A stretch of DNA of 63,805 bases from Myxococcota bacterium (GTDB lineage: Bacteria > Myxococcota_A > Bradymonadia > Bradymonadales > GCA-2716585), in assembly GCA_963169075.1 (NCBI GenBank), contig CAUJGC010000434.1:1-63805 (forward strand), in the 5' to 3' direction. Numbering within the stretch: position 1 is the first letter of the stretch; each line of letters opens with the position of its first letter. Of this stretch, positions 1 through 9,173 are shown piece by piece. The notes beneath the pieces were generated by a model. That model worked only from the letters and a program-made list of their open reading frames with translations, had not been told where the DNA came from and did no database searches. The translations under genes were made by a program, and so were the position numbers.

Positions 1-225
1 GCCCGAACCACCCCTGAAGGGGGTGTGATCAACGCCTCAGGCGCCCCGTGCGTACCCCTCCCCCAGCGACCCGTCGGTGTCCCCCCGTCACGGGGGGGAC
101 CGGCTGCGTTGCTCCTGCGAGCGTAGCGATGCAGGAGCTTACGCAGCCGGGGGGGTTGCCGTCACGGGGGGGACCGGGGCCGTTCGTACAGTCCCGCAGG
201 GCTGGACGTTACGGCCCCGGGGGGG
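1..225. repeat. Copy A of a G7/C7-flanked palindromic intergenic repeat family; probably truncated by the window edge; contains two tandem R-type hairpin units
   Basis: CCCAGCGACCCGTCGGTGTCCCCCCGTCACGGGGGGGACCGG (62-103) is the exact reverse complement of a segment in copies B and C. Two units of GTCAC-G7-ACCGG-[hairpin]-CCG-G7 end at 155 and 225. The last G7 run (219-225) abuts the TCA (=TGA) stop at 226-228. Confidence 0.75.
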
Positions 226-2994
226 TCACCCCCGCCCCGCGACCTTCTCCCACGCCACGGCGGTCTTGCCGTAGAAGCGGAGGCGTCGGAGGAGGAGATC
301 GAGGACGAAGAGGCCGAGGGCGCCGAAGAGGAAGTAGGGCCAGAGCTCGGACTTGGACTTGACGGACTCGCCTTCGGGGTCGAAGAGGCGTGCGGGGGTG
401 GGGTCGAGGCCGCCGCGTCCGATCTCGACAGCCTTCTGGATGAGGGCGGTGTTGGGTTCGAGCTTGAGGTATTCGTCGGGGTAGGGCCAGGTGAGGGTGC
501 CCTTGGAGGTGGCGAGGGAGTCGCCGTCGGCGTCGGCGTGATCGACGGAGACGCTGTAGGAGCCGTAGGCGGTGAGGGGGAAGCGGGCCTCGTAGCGTCC
601 GGGGGCGGTCTGCTGGAGGTCGATCTCGAGCTTGTCGCCTTCGGGGGGTTGGACGGCGGCCTTGGAGAGGAGGCTGTTGATGTAGGAGGTGCCGCCGGTG
701 GCCTCGTCGTAGGCGTCGATGGTGATGTGTCCCTGGCCGCCTTCGACGGCGAGCTGCATGGGGAAGGTGCGCTCCTCGTTGGTGCGCATGAGGTCGCGGA
801 CGATCTGGGACCAGAGCTTGGAGAAGCCGGGCCAGCCGACCCATTGGACGGCCCAGCGGTTCTTGGCGTCGGTGGTGAAGACGGCGGACTTGCCCAGGCC
901 GCGCCGCCAGCGGGCGTAGATGGGCTCGCCGTAGGGCGAGACGAGGATGACCTCCGCCTGGGGGCGGGCCTTGGTGGAGACGTAGCCGAGGAGGTAGGGG
1001 GCCGAGGCGAAGTCGATGCCGCGGATGGACTGGGACTGGCGGGCGACGCGGACCTTGAAGGGCTCCTCGACCATCTGGGTGCGGGCGACGGAGCTGGTCT
1101 CCTTGGTGAAGATGCGGGGGATGGAGTAGGGGTCGGCGGTGAAGTAGGCGCGGCCGTTGCCGGCGTCCGCGATGCGCTTGAGGAGGCCGCGGTCGGCCTC
1201 GCGCCCGACGGCGACGGTGGAGCAGGTGATGCGCTCGACCTGCATGAGGGTGGCCAGCTCGGTGAAGATGTTGCCGGGGGGGCTGGCGCCGTCGGTGAGG
1301 AGGATGATGTGCTTGAGGGCGGCGCGGGTCTGGGCCAGCTCCAGCACGGCTTGCTGGAGCGCGGGGGCGATGTTGGTGCCGCCGGAGGGCTGCATCCGGG
1401 CGATGTCGCTGCGGATGCGGGTCTTGTTGGCCGCCGACTGGAGGGGCACGATCGCATCCGGCGAGGCGTCGAAGGCGATGACGCCGACCTTGTCATCCTT
1501 GCCCATGATGTTGACGGTCTCGCGGGCGGCCTCCTTGGCCAGCTCGAGCTTCTGCCCGCGCATGGAGCTGGAGCGGTCGATGACGAGCATGAGGGCGAGC
1601 GAGGGGGTGTCGCGGCTCTTCTCCCCGTCGAAGGTGACGGGGAGGATGTTCTCCATGTAGGTGTTGTAGTAGCCGCCGGGGCCGAAGGAGTTCTCGCCGC
1701 CGACCATGATGAAGCCGCCGCCGACCTGGCGGACGTAGCTGTCCAGGACCTGCATCTTGCCGGTGGTGACGAACTGGGCCTGGACGTCGCTCATGATGAC
1801 GGCGTCGAAGTTCTCGTACTCGGAGAGCTTGTTGGGCATCCCGGCGGGGTCGCGGCGCTCGACGTCGATGTCGGAGCGCTGGAGGGCGCGCTCCAGGTAG
1901 GAGACCTTGTTGCGCTCGCCTTCCAGGAGGAGGACCTTGGGCTTGCCGGTGACCTCGATCTTCTCTTCGTAGGCGTTGTTGGGCTGGAAGGTGTCCACCG
2001 CCGCGCCGCCCTCCAGGGTCATGTTGAGCTTGTAGCGTCGGACGCCCTGCTCGTAGACCTGGGTCTTGAAGGTGATGGTGTTGAGGCCGGGCTCCAGGGA
2101 GACGCTCTGCTCGCCGTCGCGGAACTCGTTCTGCCAGAGGACCAGCTTGGCCTGGGCGGGCTTGGTGCTGTAGATCTCGGCCACCAGATCGAAGGGTGCG
2201 CCGACCTTCACCTCGTCGGGGAAGACCAGGTCTTTGATCAGGGCCTCGGGGCGGGGCTCGAAGCGGAAGGAGCGGGCGAAGACCTTGATGCCGTAGTCGC
2301 GGGCGTTGTACGTCTCGGCCAGGAGGTCGCCGTCGGTCTGGTTCCCGTCGGAGATCAAGACGATGCGCTTGACGTGGTCCTGGGGGAAGAGGCCATAGGC
2401 GAGGCGCATGGCGGACTGGGCGTCGGTCCCCAGGAGGGCGTCCTCGTCGGCGGGGCGGACCAGGGGGGGGAGGCGATCTGCCGTCGCGGGCAGCTCCACC
2501 ACCTGGGCCTCCTTGGCGAAGGTGACCAGGCGGACGTCGTTGCGGGGGCCGCGCGCGAGGTAGGCCTCTTCGACCAGCCCGCGCGCCTCCTCCAGGGCCT
2601 CGTCGGGCATGGAGGCGGAGACGTCCACGAGGAAGACGGTGGTCACGCGGCTCTCGAACGTGGTGAACACGACGCGGCTCAGGCCCAGGGCCAGGGCGGC
2701 GATGACGAGGGCGCGCACCAGGGCGCTGAGCCACTGCTGCCCGGTGGGCAGATCCGAGAGGGTGAAGCGGCGCACCGCCCACAGGAGCGGCGTCACCAGG
2801 ACCACCCCGAGCCAGAGGGGCTGGAGGATCTCCACGTCCCGGCCCTCCCAGGGGAAGGCCAGGGGGCGAGGCTCCCCGAGGGCGCCGCCCTGGGTGGGCT
2901 CGACGATGAAGTGGACGAACGCCCACACCATGACGGCCCACACCGCCACGAGCGCCACCCAGAAGAGGATGCTCCCAACCTTTGAGCGCTTCAT
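226..2994 (-). CDS. Large membrane-anchored double-vWA protein with a GATase1-like middle domain (BatB-like; last gene of the MoxR/VWA operon), 922 aa
   Basis: Track ORF 226..3795 trimmed to the internal ATG at 2994 (MKRSKVGSILFWVALV..., TM helices). This ATG overlaps the upstream stop (ATGA, 2991-2994). Two MIDAS-type motifs (VFLVDVSASM, LMLVIDRSSSM). Class-I glutamine-amidotransferase-like block (FDAVIMSDV...GGGFIMVGG). C-terminal TM (LWPYFLFGALGLFVLDLLL). Confidence 0.85.
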   Translation of the reverse strand: MKRSKVGSILFWVALVAVWAVMVWAFVHFIVEPTQGGALGEPRPLAFPWEGRDVEILQPLWLGVVLVTPLLWAVRRFTLSDLPTGQQWLSALVRALVIAALALGLSRVVFTTFESRVTTVFLVDVSASMPDEALEEARGLVEEAYLARGPRNDVRLVTFAKEAQVVELPATADRLPPLVRPADEDALLGTDAQSAMRLAYGLFPQDHVKRIVLISDGNQTDGDLLAETYNARDYGIKVFARSFRFEPRPEALIKDLVFPDEVKVGAPFDLVAEIYSTKPAQAKLVLWQNEFRDGEQSVSLEPGLNTITFKTQVYEQGVRRYKLNMTLEGGAAVDTFQPNNAYEEKIEVTGKPKVLLLEGERNKVSYLERALQRSDIDVERRDPAGMPNKLSEYENFDAVIMSDVQAQFVTTGKMQVLDSYVRQVGGGFIMVGGENSFGPGGYYNTYMENILPVTFDGEKSRDTPSLALMLVIDRSSSMRGQKLELAKEAARETVNIMGKDDKVGVIAFDASPDAIVPLQSAANKTRIRSDIARMQPSGGTNIAPALQQAVLELAQTRAALKHIILLTDGASPPGNIFTELATLMQVERITCSTVAVGREADRGLLKRIADAGNGRAYFTADPYSIPRIFTKETSSVARTQMVEEPFKVRVARQSQSIRGIDFASAPYLLGYVSTKARPQAEVILVSPYGEPIYARWRRGLGKSAVFTTDAKNRWAVQWVGWPGFSKLWSQIVRDLMRTNEERTFPMQLAVEGGQGHITIDAYDEATGGTSYINSLLSKAAVQPPEGDKLEIDLQQTAPGRYEARFPLTAYGSYSVSVDHADADGDSLATSKGTLTWPYPDEYLKLEPNTALIQKAVEIGRGGLDPTPARLFDPEGESVKSKSELWPYFLFGALGLFVLDLLLRRLRFYGKTAVAWEKVAGRG

Positions 2995-4895
2995 ACCGTC
3001 CAACGTCGGTTGTAGGTCACCCACTCCACCAGCAGCAACGCGATGGCCGCCAGCACCAGATAGATCCACCAGGGCTGCCCCTGGAACGAGCGCGTCGCCT
3101 GGGCGACGTCGAGGGTGTCGGCGGCCACCGCCGCCGCCTCGGGGGGCTTGATGTCGGACTCCAGGGGGTTCGCCAGGTTGGAGGCCGCCAGGAAGGTGTC
3201 GCGCTCGGTCTTGACCTCGTGGAAGCCGACCTGCTCGCCGTAGAAGATGGCGCGCCCCTCGTAGACGGGGACCTGCTTGGGCTCTCCGGCGGGCGGGGTG
3301 ATCGTCACCTCCTTGACCTCCCGGCTCACGGGGATCGACCACGCCTCGCCTGTGCGCCAGGTGGGGACGATGGAGTCTCCGGCGTCGGTCACCCAGTCCA
3401 GGGCGTTGAGGAGGAGGAGGGGGAGGGCGACCCGGAGCGGGATCGAGGACTGGCGGAGGTCGAACGCGATGGCCACCGCCCGCAGCCCGCCGTCCTGGCG
3501 GGCCACCAGCATCGGCTCGCCGTAGGCGGAGGCCGCCACCTGATCCTTGCCCGGCTTCACGGCGAGCTTCTGGGCCTTGTCGATGTCGAGGCTCTTGGCG
3601 GCGATGTAGCGCAGGAGGGGGTGCCCCTTCTGGGTGGCGGTGATGAGGGGGCGCTCCATGGTGCCCTTGACCTCCCAGCCCGCGCCGCCTTCGGGGGGCG
3701 CGATGAAGACGTAGCTCCCCTGGGTGGGGGCCTCGGCCAGCGGGGCGCGGTCCACGATCACGGCGTCGAAGCGGGCGGCGTCGGCCGCGCTCCACGCGCC
3801 GGGGGCGACGACCTCGTAGGTGACGTTGCCGTCGTTGGCGATCAGCGCGGCCTCCAGGTAGAGGTTCTGCTCGGTCACCAGCGCCACCTTGAGCTGCTTG
3901 GCGCGGGGCAGCACCGCATACGCCGTGTCGTCGAGGCGGAACACGTCCCGGGCGTCGGGGGTGGTGAGCTTGACGCGGGCCTCCAGGCGCTGCCCGGCGA
4001 AGCCCTCGTTGGGGAAGAAGAGGCGCTGGGTCCCGCGCGGCGCCAGGGTGATGGCGCCCTGCTTGACGTCCAGCAGCTCCCCGTCGGCGTAAAGCTCCAG
4101 GCTCACCTGGACCTCGCGCTCGAAGTAGCTCCGCACCTCGACGTAGATCTCGTAGTCCAGGGGGTTCGCCAGGTAGCGGCGGACGTTGAAGGCGGTGATG
4201 GCGACGTTGCTCCCGGCCTCCCCGACCCGCACCAGGTGGAAGTCGGCGCTGGGCGGCAGGAGGCCGCGGGCCGCCTCGAACTCACCGGGCGGGAACGCGG
4301 CGTCGCTGAAGAGGTACACCTCCGTCTTGGCCTTCCCCCGGGTCGCGTCGCGCACGAAGCTCATCGCCTGGCGGACGTTCGCGGGGGTCGCAGACGGCTT
4401 CACCTCCTTGAGCTGCTGCTCCAGGATGGCGGACTTCTTGACAAAAGGCGTCAGCGGGCGGAGCTGGCCGTCCATCGTCACCAGCATCACCGCGTCCTGC
4501 GGCCCCAGCCCCTCCAGGATCTTCAGCGCCTCCTTGCGGGCCACATCAAAGCGATCCACGCCGCCGGTCACGTCCAGCGCCTGCATCGACGCCGACGTGT
4601 CCAGCACCAGCACCACCTCCCGGCCCTCCAGCGAGCGCTCCTCCGGGTGCGGGTCCGCGATCGCCAGCACCACCAGCGCCAGGAAGGCGCACTGCACCAG
4701 GAACGAGAGCAGCCGCTTGAAGACCTCCCACCACCGCCGCGCCTCCGTCGAGGCCACCACGCGGCTCCAGATCGGGGAGAAGGGCACCGTCACCCGGCGC
4801 CGCCGCAGCTTCAGGATGTAGAGGAGCGCCGTGATGGCCGCCAGGCCGCCGAAGATGCTCCAGAAGAGCTCCGGGGTCAGTCCGAGGAACTTCAC
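2991..4895 (-). CDS. BatA-like vWA domain membrane protein, 634 aa
   Basis: N-terminal aerotolerance-regulator-type TM segment (MKFLGLTPELFWSIFGGLAAITALLYILKLRRRR). vWA MIDAS motif VVLVLDTSASM. C-terminal TM. GTG start at 4895 overlaps the DUF58 stop (GTGA, 4892-4895). Confidence 0.85.
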   Translation of the reverse strand: MKFLGLTPELFWSIFGGLAAITALLYILKLRRRRVTVPFSPIWSRVVASTEARRWWEVFKRLLSFLVQCAFLALVVLAIADPHPEERSLEGREVVLVLDTSASMQALDVTGGVDRFDVARKEALKILEGLGPQDAVMLVTMDGQLRPLTPFVKKSAILEQQLKEVKPSATPANVRQAMSFVRDATRGKAKTEVYLFSDAAFPPGEFEAARGLLPPSADFHLVRVGEAGSNVAITAFNVRRYLANPLDYEIYVEVRSYFEREVQVSLELYADGELLDVKQGAITLAPRGTQRLFFPNEGFAGQRLEARVKLTTPDARDVFRLDDTAYAVLPRAKQLKVALVTEQNLYLEAALIANDGNVTYEVVAPGAWSAADAARFDAVIVDRAPLAEAPTQGSYVFIAPPEGGAGWEVKGTMERPLITATQKGHPLLRYIAAKSLDIDKAQKLAVKPGKDQVAASAYGEPMLVARQDGGLRAVAIAFDLRQSSIPLRVALPLLLLNALDWVTDAGDSIVPTWRTGEAWSIPVSREVKEVTITPPAGEPKQVPVYEGRAIFYGEQVGFHEVKTERDTFLAASNLANPLESDIKPPEAAAVAADTLDVAQATRSFQGQPWWIYLVLAAIALLLVEWVTYNRRWTV

Positions 4896-5767
4896 TTCAA
4901 AAAGCCTCCTGCCCGGAAGACCCGCAGGATCACCTCATCGAAGGGCTCCTGAATGGCCGCTCGGAAGTAGAGCATCCGGCGCTTGGTGCAGAAGTCCTCC
5001 AGCTCCTTGGAGTACGCCTCGAAGGCCTCCCGGTAGCGGCGCATGAGGGCCGCCGTCACCGTGATGTCCCGCACCTCGCCTGTCTCGCAGTCCACCAGCT
5101 GCAGCTCGCCCCGCAGCGCCGGGTTCAGCTCCTCCTGGTCGAAGAGCTGGATCGCGATCGTGTCGAACTTCTGGTAGCGCAGGAAGTTGAGCCCGTCCTC
5201 AAAGCCCGCCGGGTCGTAGAAGTCGCTCACCACCACCGCCACGCCGCGCCGCTTGTTCTGCGTCACGAAGGTGCGGAACGCGTCCTTGATGCTCGTCTCC
5301 CCGCCGCCCTCCAGCCGATCCAGGAACTGGAAGATCTTGTAGATCTGACCCCGACCCCGCGCTGGCGGCAGCCGGTCGATGGGCTTGGCGTTGAACGGGA
5401 TGATCGCCACCCGATCCAGGTTCGAGAGCCCGATGTACGAGAGCGCCGCCGCGATCACCTTCGCGTAGCGCAGCTTCGTCTCCCCGTCCCGGCCCAGCGT
5501 CATCGAGAGGCTGCAATCCACCAGGAAGTAGATGTGGAGATCCTCCTCCTCCTCGAAGAGCTTCAGCAGGAGCTTCTTGGTGCGCGCGTACACCGTCCAG
5601 TCCAGATTCCGGAAGTCGTCGCCCGGCGAGTAGTTGCGGTGATCCGCAAACTCGATCCCCGAGCCGATCTTCTTCGTCCGGCGCTCCGCCCGCAGCTGCC
5701 CCGAGGCGATCTTGCGGGAGATGATGTAGAGCATCTCCAGCTTCTTGAGGAACTCGTCATCGAACAT
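4892..5767 (-). CDS. DUF58 domain protein, 291 aa
   Basis: Hallmark DUF58 motif FADHRNYSPGDDFRNLDW, followed by a vWA-like block YFLVDCSLSM. Sits immediately downstream of the MoxR ATPase, which is the canonical arrangement. Confidence 0.9.
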   Translation of the reverse strand: MFDDEFLKKLEMLYIISRKIASGQLRAERRTKKIGSGIEFADHRNYSPGDDFRNLDWTVYARTKKLLLKLFEEEEDLHIYFLVDCSLSMTLGRDGETKLRYAKVIAAALSYIGLSNLDRVAIIPFNAKPIDRLPPARGRGQIYKIFQFLDRLEGGGETSIKDAFRTFVTQNKRRGVAVVVSDFYDPAGFEDGLNFLRYQKFDTIAIQLFDQEELNPALRGELQLVDCETGEVRDITVTAALMRRYREAFEAYSKELEDFCTKRRMLYFRAAIQEPFDEVILRVFRAGGFLK

Positions 5768-5774
5768 CGGCGCG

Positions 5775-6791
5775 TCAGCCCTTCGGCGTCTTCTTGACGA
5801 TCTCCGCCAGGAGGTCGTCCGCCTTCACCCCCTCGGCCTCGCCTTCGAAGTTGAGGATCATGCGGTGGCGGAGGCTCGGGACCGCGGTCGTGGCGATGTC
5901 CTCGGGCGCGACGTGGTGCCGCCCGTCCATCATCGCCATCACCTTGGCCGTCAGCAGGATCGTCTGCGCGCCGCGCGGGCTCCCGCCGTTGCGCACGAAG
6001 CGCTTCACCGCCGGGGTCGCCTCCTCCATGTCCGGGTGCGTCGCCCGCAGGATCTTCAGCGCGTAGCGCTGCACCGGGGCCGCGATCTCGACGTTGAGCA
6101 CCTCGTCGCGCATCTCCAGCAGCCGATCCCGCGCGATCACCTTCTGCACGTCCGCCTTGAAGCCGCGGGTCGTGCGGTTCATGATCACCTCCAGCTCATC
6201 CAGCGTCGGGAACGGCACGATGAGCTTGTAGAGGAAGCGATCCAGCTGCGCCTCCGGCAGCGGGTAGGTCCCCTCCTGCTCCAGCGGGTTCTGCGTCGCC
6301 ATCACGAAGAAGGGCTCGTCCAGCTTGTAGGTCTTGTCGCCCACCGTGACCGACTTCTCCGCCATGGCCTCCAGCAGCGCCGACTGCGTCTTGGGCGTGG
6401 CGCGGTTGATCTCGTCCGCCAGCAGGATGTTCGCGAACACGGGGCCCTTGTTGAAGTCGAAGCGCAGCCGCCCCGCCTCGTCCTCCACCGCCACCCGCGT
6501 CCCCACGATGTCCGAGGGCTGAAGATCCGGCGTGAACTGGATGCGCGAGAAATCCAGGTCCATGACCTGCGAGATCGTCCGCACCAGCATCGTCTTCCCG
6601 AGCCCCGGCACGCCCTCCAGGAGCACGTTCCCGTTCGCCAGGATGCAGGTCAGCGTCCCCAGGACGATCTCCTCCTGACCCACGATCATCTTCCCGATCT
6701 CCGCGCGGACCTTCGCCACGTCCGCCCTGAAGCGCTGGACGATCTCCTCCGGAGAGAGCCCCTTCCTACCTGCCGCCGATGCTTCGCTCAT
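5775..6791 (-). CDS. MoxR-family AAA+ ATPase, 338 aa
   Basis: Walker A GVPGLGKT; Walker B/sensor block ILLADEINRATPKTQSALLEAM; MoxR-type C-terminus. ATG at 6791 (MSEASAAG...) is preferred. The track ORF start at 6833 is a GTG 14 codons upstream and remains possible. Confidence 0.9.
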   Translation of the reverse strand: MSEASAAGRKGLSPEEIVQRFRADVAKVRAEIGKMIVGQEEIVLGTLTCILANGNVLLEGVPGLGKTMLVRTISQVMDLDFSRIQFTPDLQPSDIVGTRVAVEDEAGRLRFDFNKGPVFANILLADEINRATPKTQSALLEAMAEKSVTVGDKTYKLDEPFFVMATQNPLEQEGTYPLPEAQLDRFLYKLIVPFPTLDELEVIMNRTTRGFKADVQKVIARDRLLEMRDEVLNVEIAAPVQRYALKILRATHPDMEEATPAVKRFVRNGGSPRGAQTILLTAKVMAMMDGRHHVAPEDIATTAVPSLRHRMILNFEGEAEGVKADDLLAEIVKKTPKG

Positions 6792-6935
6792 TGCACGTCC
6801 GTCCTGCTCGCATCCAACCCAGGGCGACGACACCCAGCGCGCGCTCTCGCGCCCTGCACACCGCGCCGACCTCTGGCCTCCAACATCTCAAGGCCGCCCC
6901 ACACTACACGCCACCGCCCCCCGCTTCAAGCGCCT

Positions 6936-8963
6936 TCACGGCCCCTCCGCCCCCGGCGCCGCCCCGCCGCCCTCCCCCTCGCCCCGCGGCCGGATCATCT
7001 CGAAGTAGCGCTGCACATAGAAGCGATACCCCGGCGGCACCTGCTCCTGATCCAGCACCTCCTCCGCCACGCGACGCTCGTACTCGTACGCCTCGCGGTA
7101 GGGCGTCGAGGCGAAGCCGCCCGACGCCGCCGCCGACACCACCTCCGAGCGCGTCGGCCCCGCCCCGGCCTGACCCTCCACCTTCGTGTCCACAAACCCC
7201 TTGTCCTTCAGCCCCGTCTCCTCGCCCAGCTTCTTGTCCCCCACGCCCCCGCCCGCCCGCTCCCCGTCCCGCGCCACCTGGCTCCCCGCCTCGCCGTCCG
7301 CGTCGCTCAGCTTGGCGTTCTTGGCGTCCTCGGGATCTCCCTTGCCCCCCTGGGACTTCGGGCCCTCGCCCTGCTCCCCGCCCTTCTCCCCGCCCTTCTC
7401 ACCGCCGTCCCGCTTCGCCACCTCCTGCTCCCCGGGCTCCCCGCCCACCTTCTCCCCCGAGTCCCGGCTCCCCTTCGGCTCCCCCTCCGGCGGCTCCTTC
7501 CCCTCCGCCTTCTGCGCGAACGCCTTCTTCTGCGCCTGCGCCTGCGCGTCCTTCTGGCTCGCCTGACGCCGCAGCCGCTCCTTCATCTTCTCCAGGTTCT
7601 CCGCCACCTGCTCCTTCGACTTGCCCTCGCCCGCCTTCTTGTCCACCGCGCGGCTCTCCTCCGCTGCGGCCTTCATCGCGTTGCTGAACTCCTTCTGCGC
7701 CTGCGCCTGCCCCGCCTTGTCCTTCGCAGCCCCCTTCCCCTTCTTCTTGGCCTGCGACGCCATCTCGCTCCCCTGCTTCGACGCCTGCGAGAGCTTCTTC
7801 ATCGTCTTCCCCTTGCCGCTCTCATCAAACGCCACCTTCTTCCGGCGAAGCTCCTTCAGCTGACGCTCCAGGCGGCTCAAGCGCTGCTTCTCCTCCGGCG
7901 TCATCTCCTTCGCCTTCTCCTCCAGCTGCTTCTGGAGGCGGCTCAGCTCCGCCTCCTTCTCCTTCAGCGCCTCCTCCAGCGCCGCCGCGTTCTTCTCCAG
8001 CTGCTTCGAGAAGTCCTCCAGCCGCTTCGAGAGCCGATCCAGATCCTTGTCCGAGATCTTCCCCGCCGCCAGCGCCTCGCCCAGCTTCTCCAGCTCGGCG
8101 GCCGCCTTCTGCATGTCCCCCTCCTTCAGCGCCGAGGCCAGCTCCTTCGTCAGCGGATCATCCTTCAGGACCTCGCCCGCCTCTTTCATCTCATCCAGGA
8201 TCTGCTTCCACTCCTCCCCCTCGTCCCCCTCCTTGAAGAACGTGTCCTCGATCTTGTCCACCGCCTCCAGGAACTCCCCCTTGTCCAGCTCCCGCGCGTC
8301 CAGCTTCGCCAGCAGGTCGTCCATCTCACCGACCAGCTGCTCCACCTCCGGCGTGTCGCTCTTCTGAAGCTCCGCCTTCACCGCGTCCCACTCCTCGCGG
8401 GCCAGCTTCAGATCGTCGTCATCAAAGACAGCCTCCACCACCGGCGGCGGCTCCGGCGGCGGCAGATACCCCTCCACCTGCGGCGGGCGCGCCACGATCA
8501 CCGCAGCCACCCCCGCCACCGCCAGCACCAGCGACCACGCGCTCGCTGGCAGCGCGAAGGGCGCCGCAGGCGCCACCCGCACCGACCCCAGGTGCGGCAG
8601 CGCCTCACGGATCGCCGCCTGCTGGAACGCCGTCCGCTCCCCGGCCGGGATCTCCAGGAAGCAGAGCGCCGTCGTCAGCCGCGCCTTCAGCTGGTTCGCC
8701 TCGTCGATGCGCATCGCCACCGCGTGCAGGTCGATCTTGCTGGAGAACGCCCACGCCAGCCCCGCCAGCGGAAAAACCAGCGTCCACCCCACCCCCGCCC
8801 CCAGCGTGGACGACGCGATCCAGCCCGTCTTCACCAGCACCAGCCAGCCCGCGCCCACCATCAGCGGCGGGATCAACCCCACCGTCAACCCCTCCAGCAC
8901 CCGCTGCCCCCGGATGCGGAGCCGCGCACCGCCCACCAGCTGCCTGACACGTCGCTCGTCCAT
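6936..8963 (-). CDS. Membrane-anchored K/E-rich coiled-coil protein (DUF4175-like; first gene of the MoxR/VWA operon), 675 aa
   Basis: N-terminal TM helices (LTVGLIPPLMVGAGWLVLV, TLVFPLAGLAWAF). A very long K/E/A-rich low-complexity helical region. Conserved-looking C-terminal PPGYRFYVQRYFEMI. ATG at 8963 has an upstream GAGGAGAG Shine-Dalgarno; the track start at 8996 is TTG. Family assignment is tentative. Confidence 0.7.
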   Translation of the reverse strand: MDERRVRQLVGGARLRIRGQRVLEGLTVGLIPPLMVGAGWLVLVKTGWIASSTLGAGVGWTLVFPLAGLAWAFSSKIDLHAVAMRIDEANQLKARLTTALCFLEIPAGERTAFQQAAIREALPHLGSVRVAPAAPFALPASAWSLVLAVAGVAAVIVARPPQVEGYLPPPEPPPVVEAVFDDDDLKLAREEWDAVKAELQKSDTPEVEQLVGEMDDLLAKLDARELDKGEFLEAVDKIEDTFFKEGDEGEEWKQILDEMKEAGEVLKDDPLTKELASALKEGDMQKAAAELEKLGEALAAGKISDKDLDRLSKRLEDFSKQLEKNAAALEEALKEKEAELSRLQKQLEEKAKEMTPEEKQRLSRLERQLKELRRKKVAFDESGKGKTMKKLSQASKQGSEMASQAKKKGKGAAKDKAGQAQAQKEFSNAMKAAAEESRAVDKKAGEGKSKEQVAENLEKMKERLRRQASQKDAQAQAQKKAFAQKAEGKEPPEGEPKGSRDSGEKVGGEPGEQEVAKRDGGEKGGEKGGEQGEGPKSQGGKGDPEDAKNAKLSDADGEAGSQVARDGERAGGGVGDKKLGEETGLKDKGFVDTKVEGQAGAGPTRSEVVSAAASGGFASTPYREAYEYERRVAEEVLDQEQVPPGYRFYVQRYFEMIRPRGEGEGGGAAPGAEGP

Positions 8964-9173
8964 CGCCGCTCTCCTCAGCCGCTCCCCAACGTCCAACCTC
9001 GCGCCACACTAACCCCCCCGACGCGCAACGTCCAGCCCTGCCCGGCTGACCCAGCGGCAACGCCGCCCCGCGCGCCCTCCATTCCAGCGCCGCGCCACAT
9101 ACTTTTGTCGGGAACTTCCCCGCTCGACCGCTGTCTCAACACCGTGTGACCTGCTCCCAGCCCGGCGGCACCC

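Noticed and set aside
77-274. Recurring small ORFs starting MSPRHGGDR... (77..274, the 10703..11725 N-terminus, 49604..49795) and MTGGHRP.SLRSLA... (11167..11835, 11711..11989, 47628..49925)
   Set aside because: The shared peptides arise because the ORFs read through the conserved core of the palindromic repeat. They have no independent coding evidence and inconsistent lengths and partners.
538-2985. 815-aa plus-strand ORF
   Set aside because: It lies entirely antisense to the well-supported vWA gene. Its G/A/V/E/D/L-rich low-complexity translation has no motifs and is typical of the mirror frame in GC-rich DNA.
5745-9149. 1134-aa plus-strand ORF
   Set aside because: It is antisense to the MoxR and coiled-coil genes. 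The translation is R/L/H/P/Q-rich nonsense without domains. The opposite strand carries clear Walker motifs.
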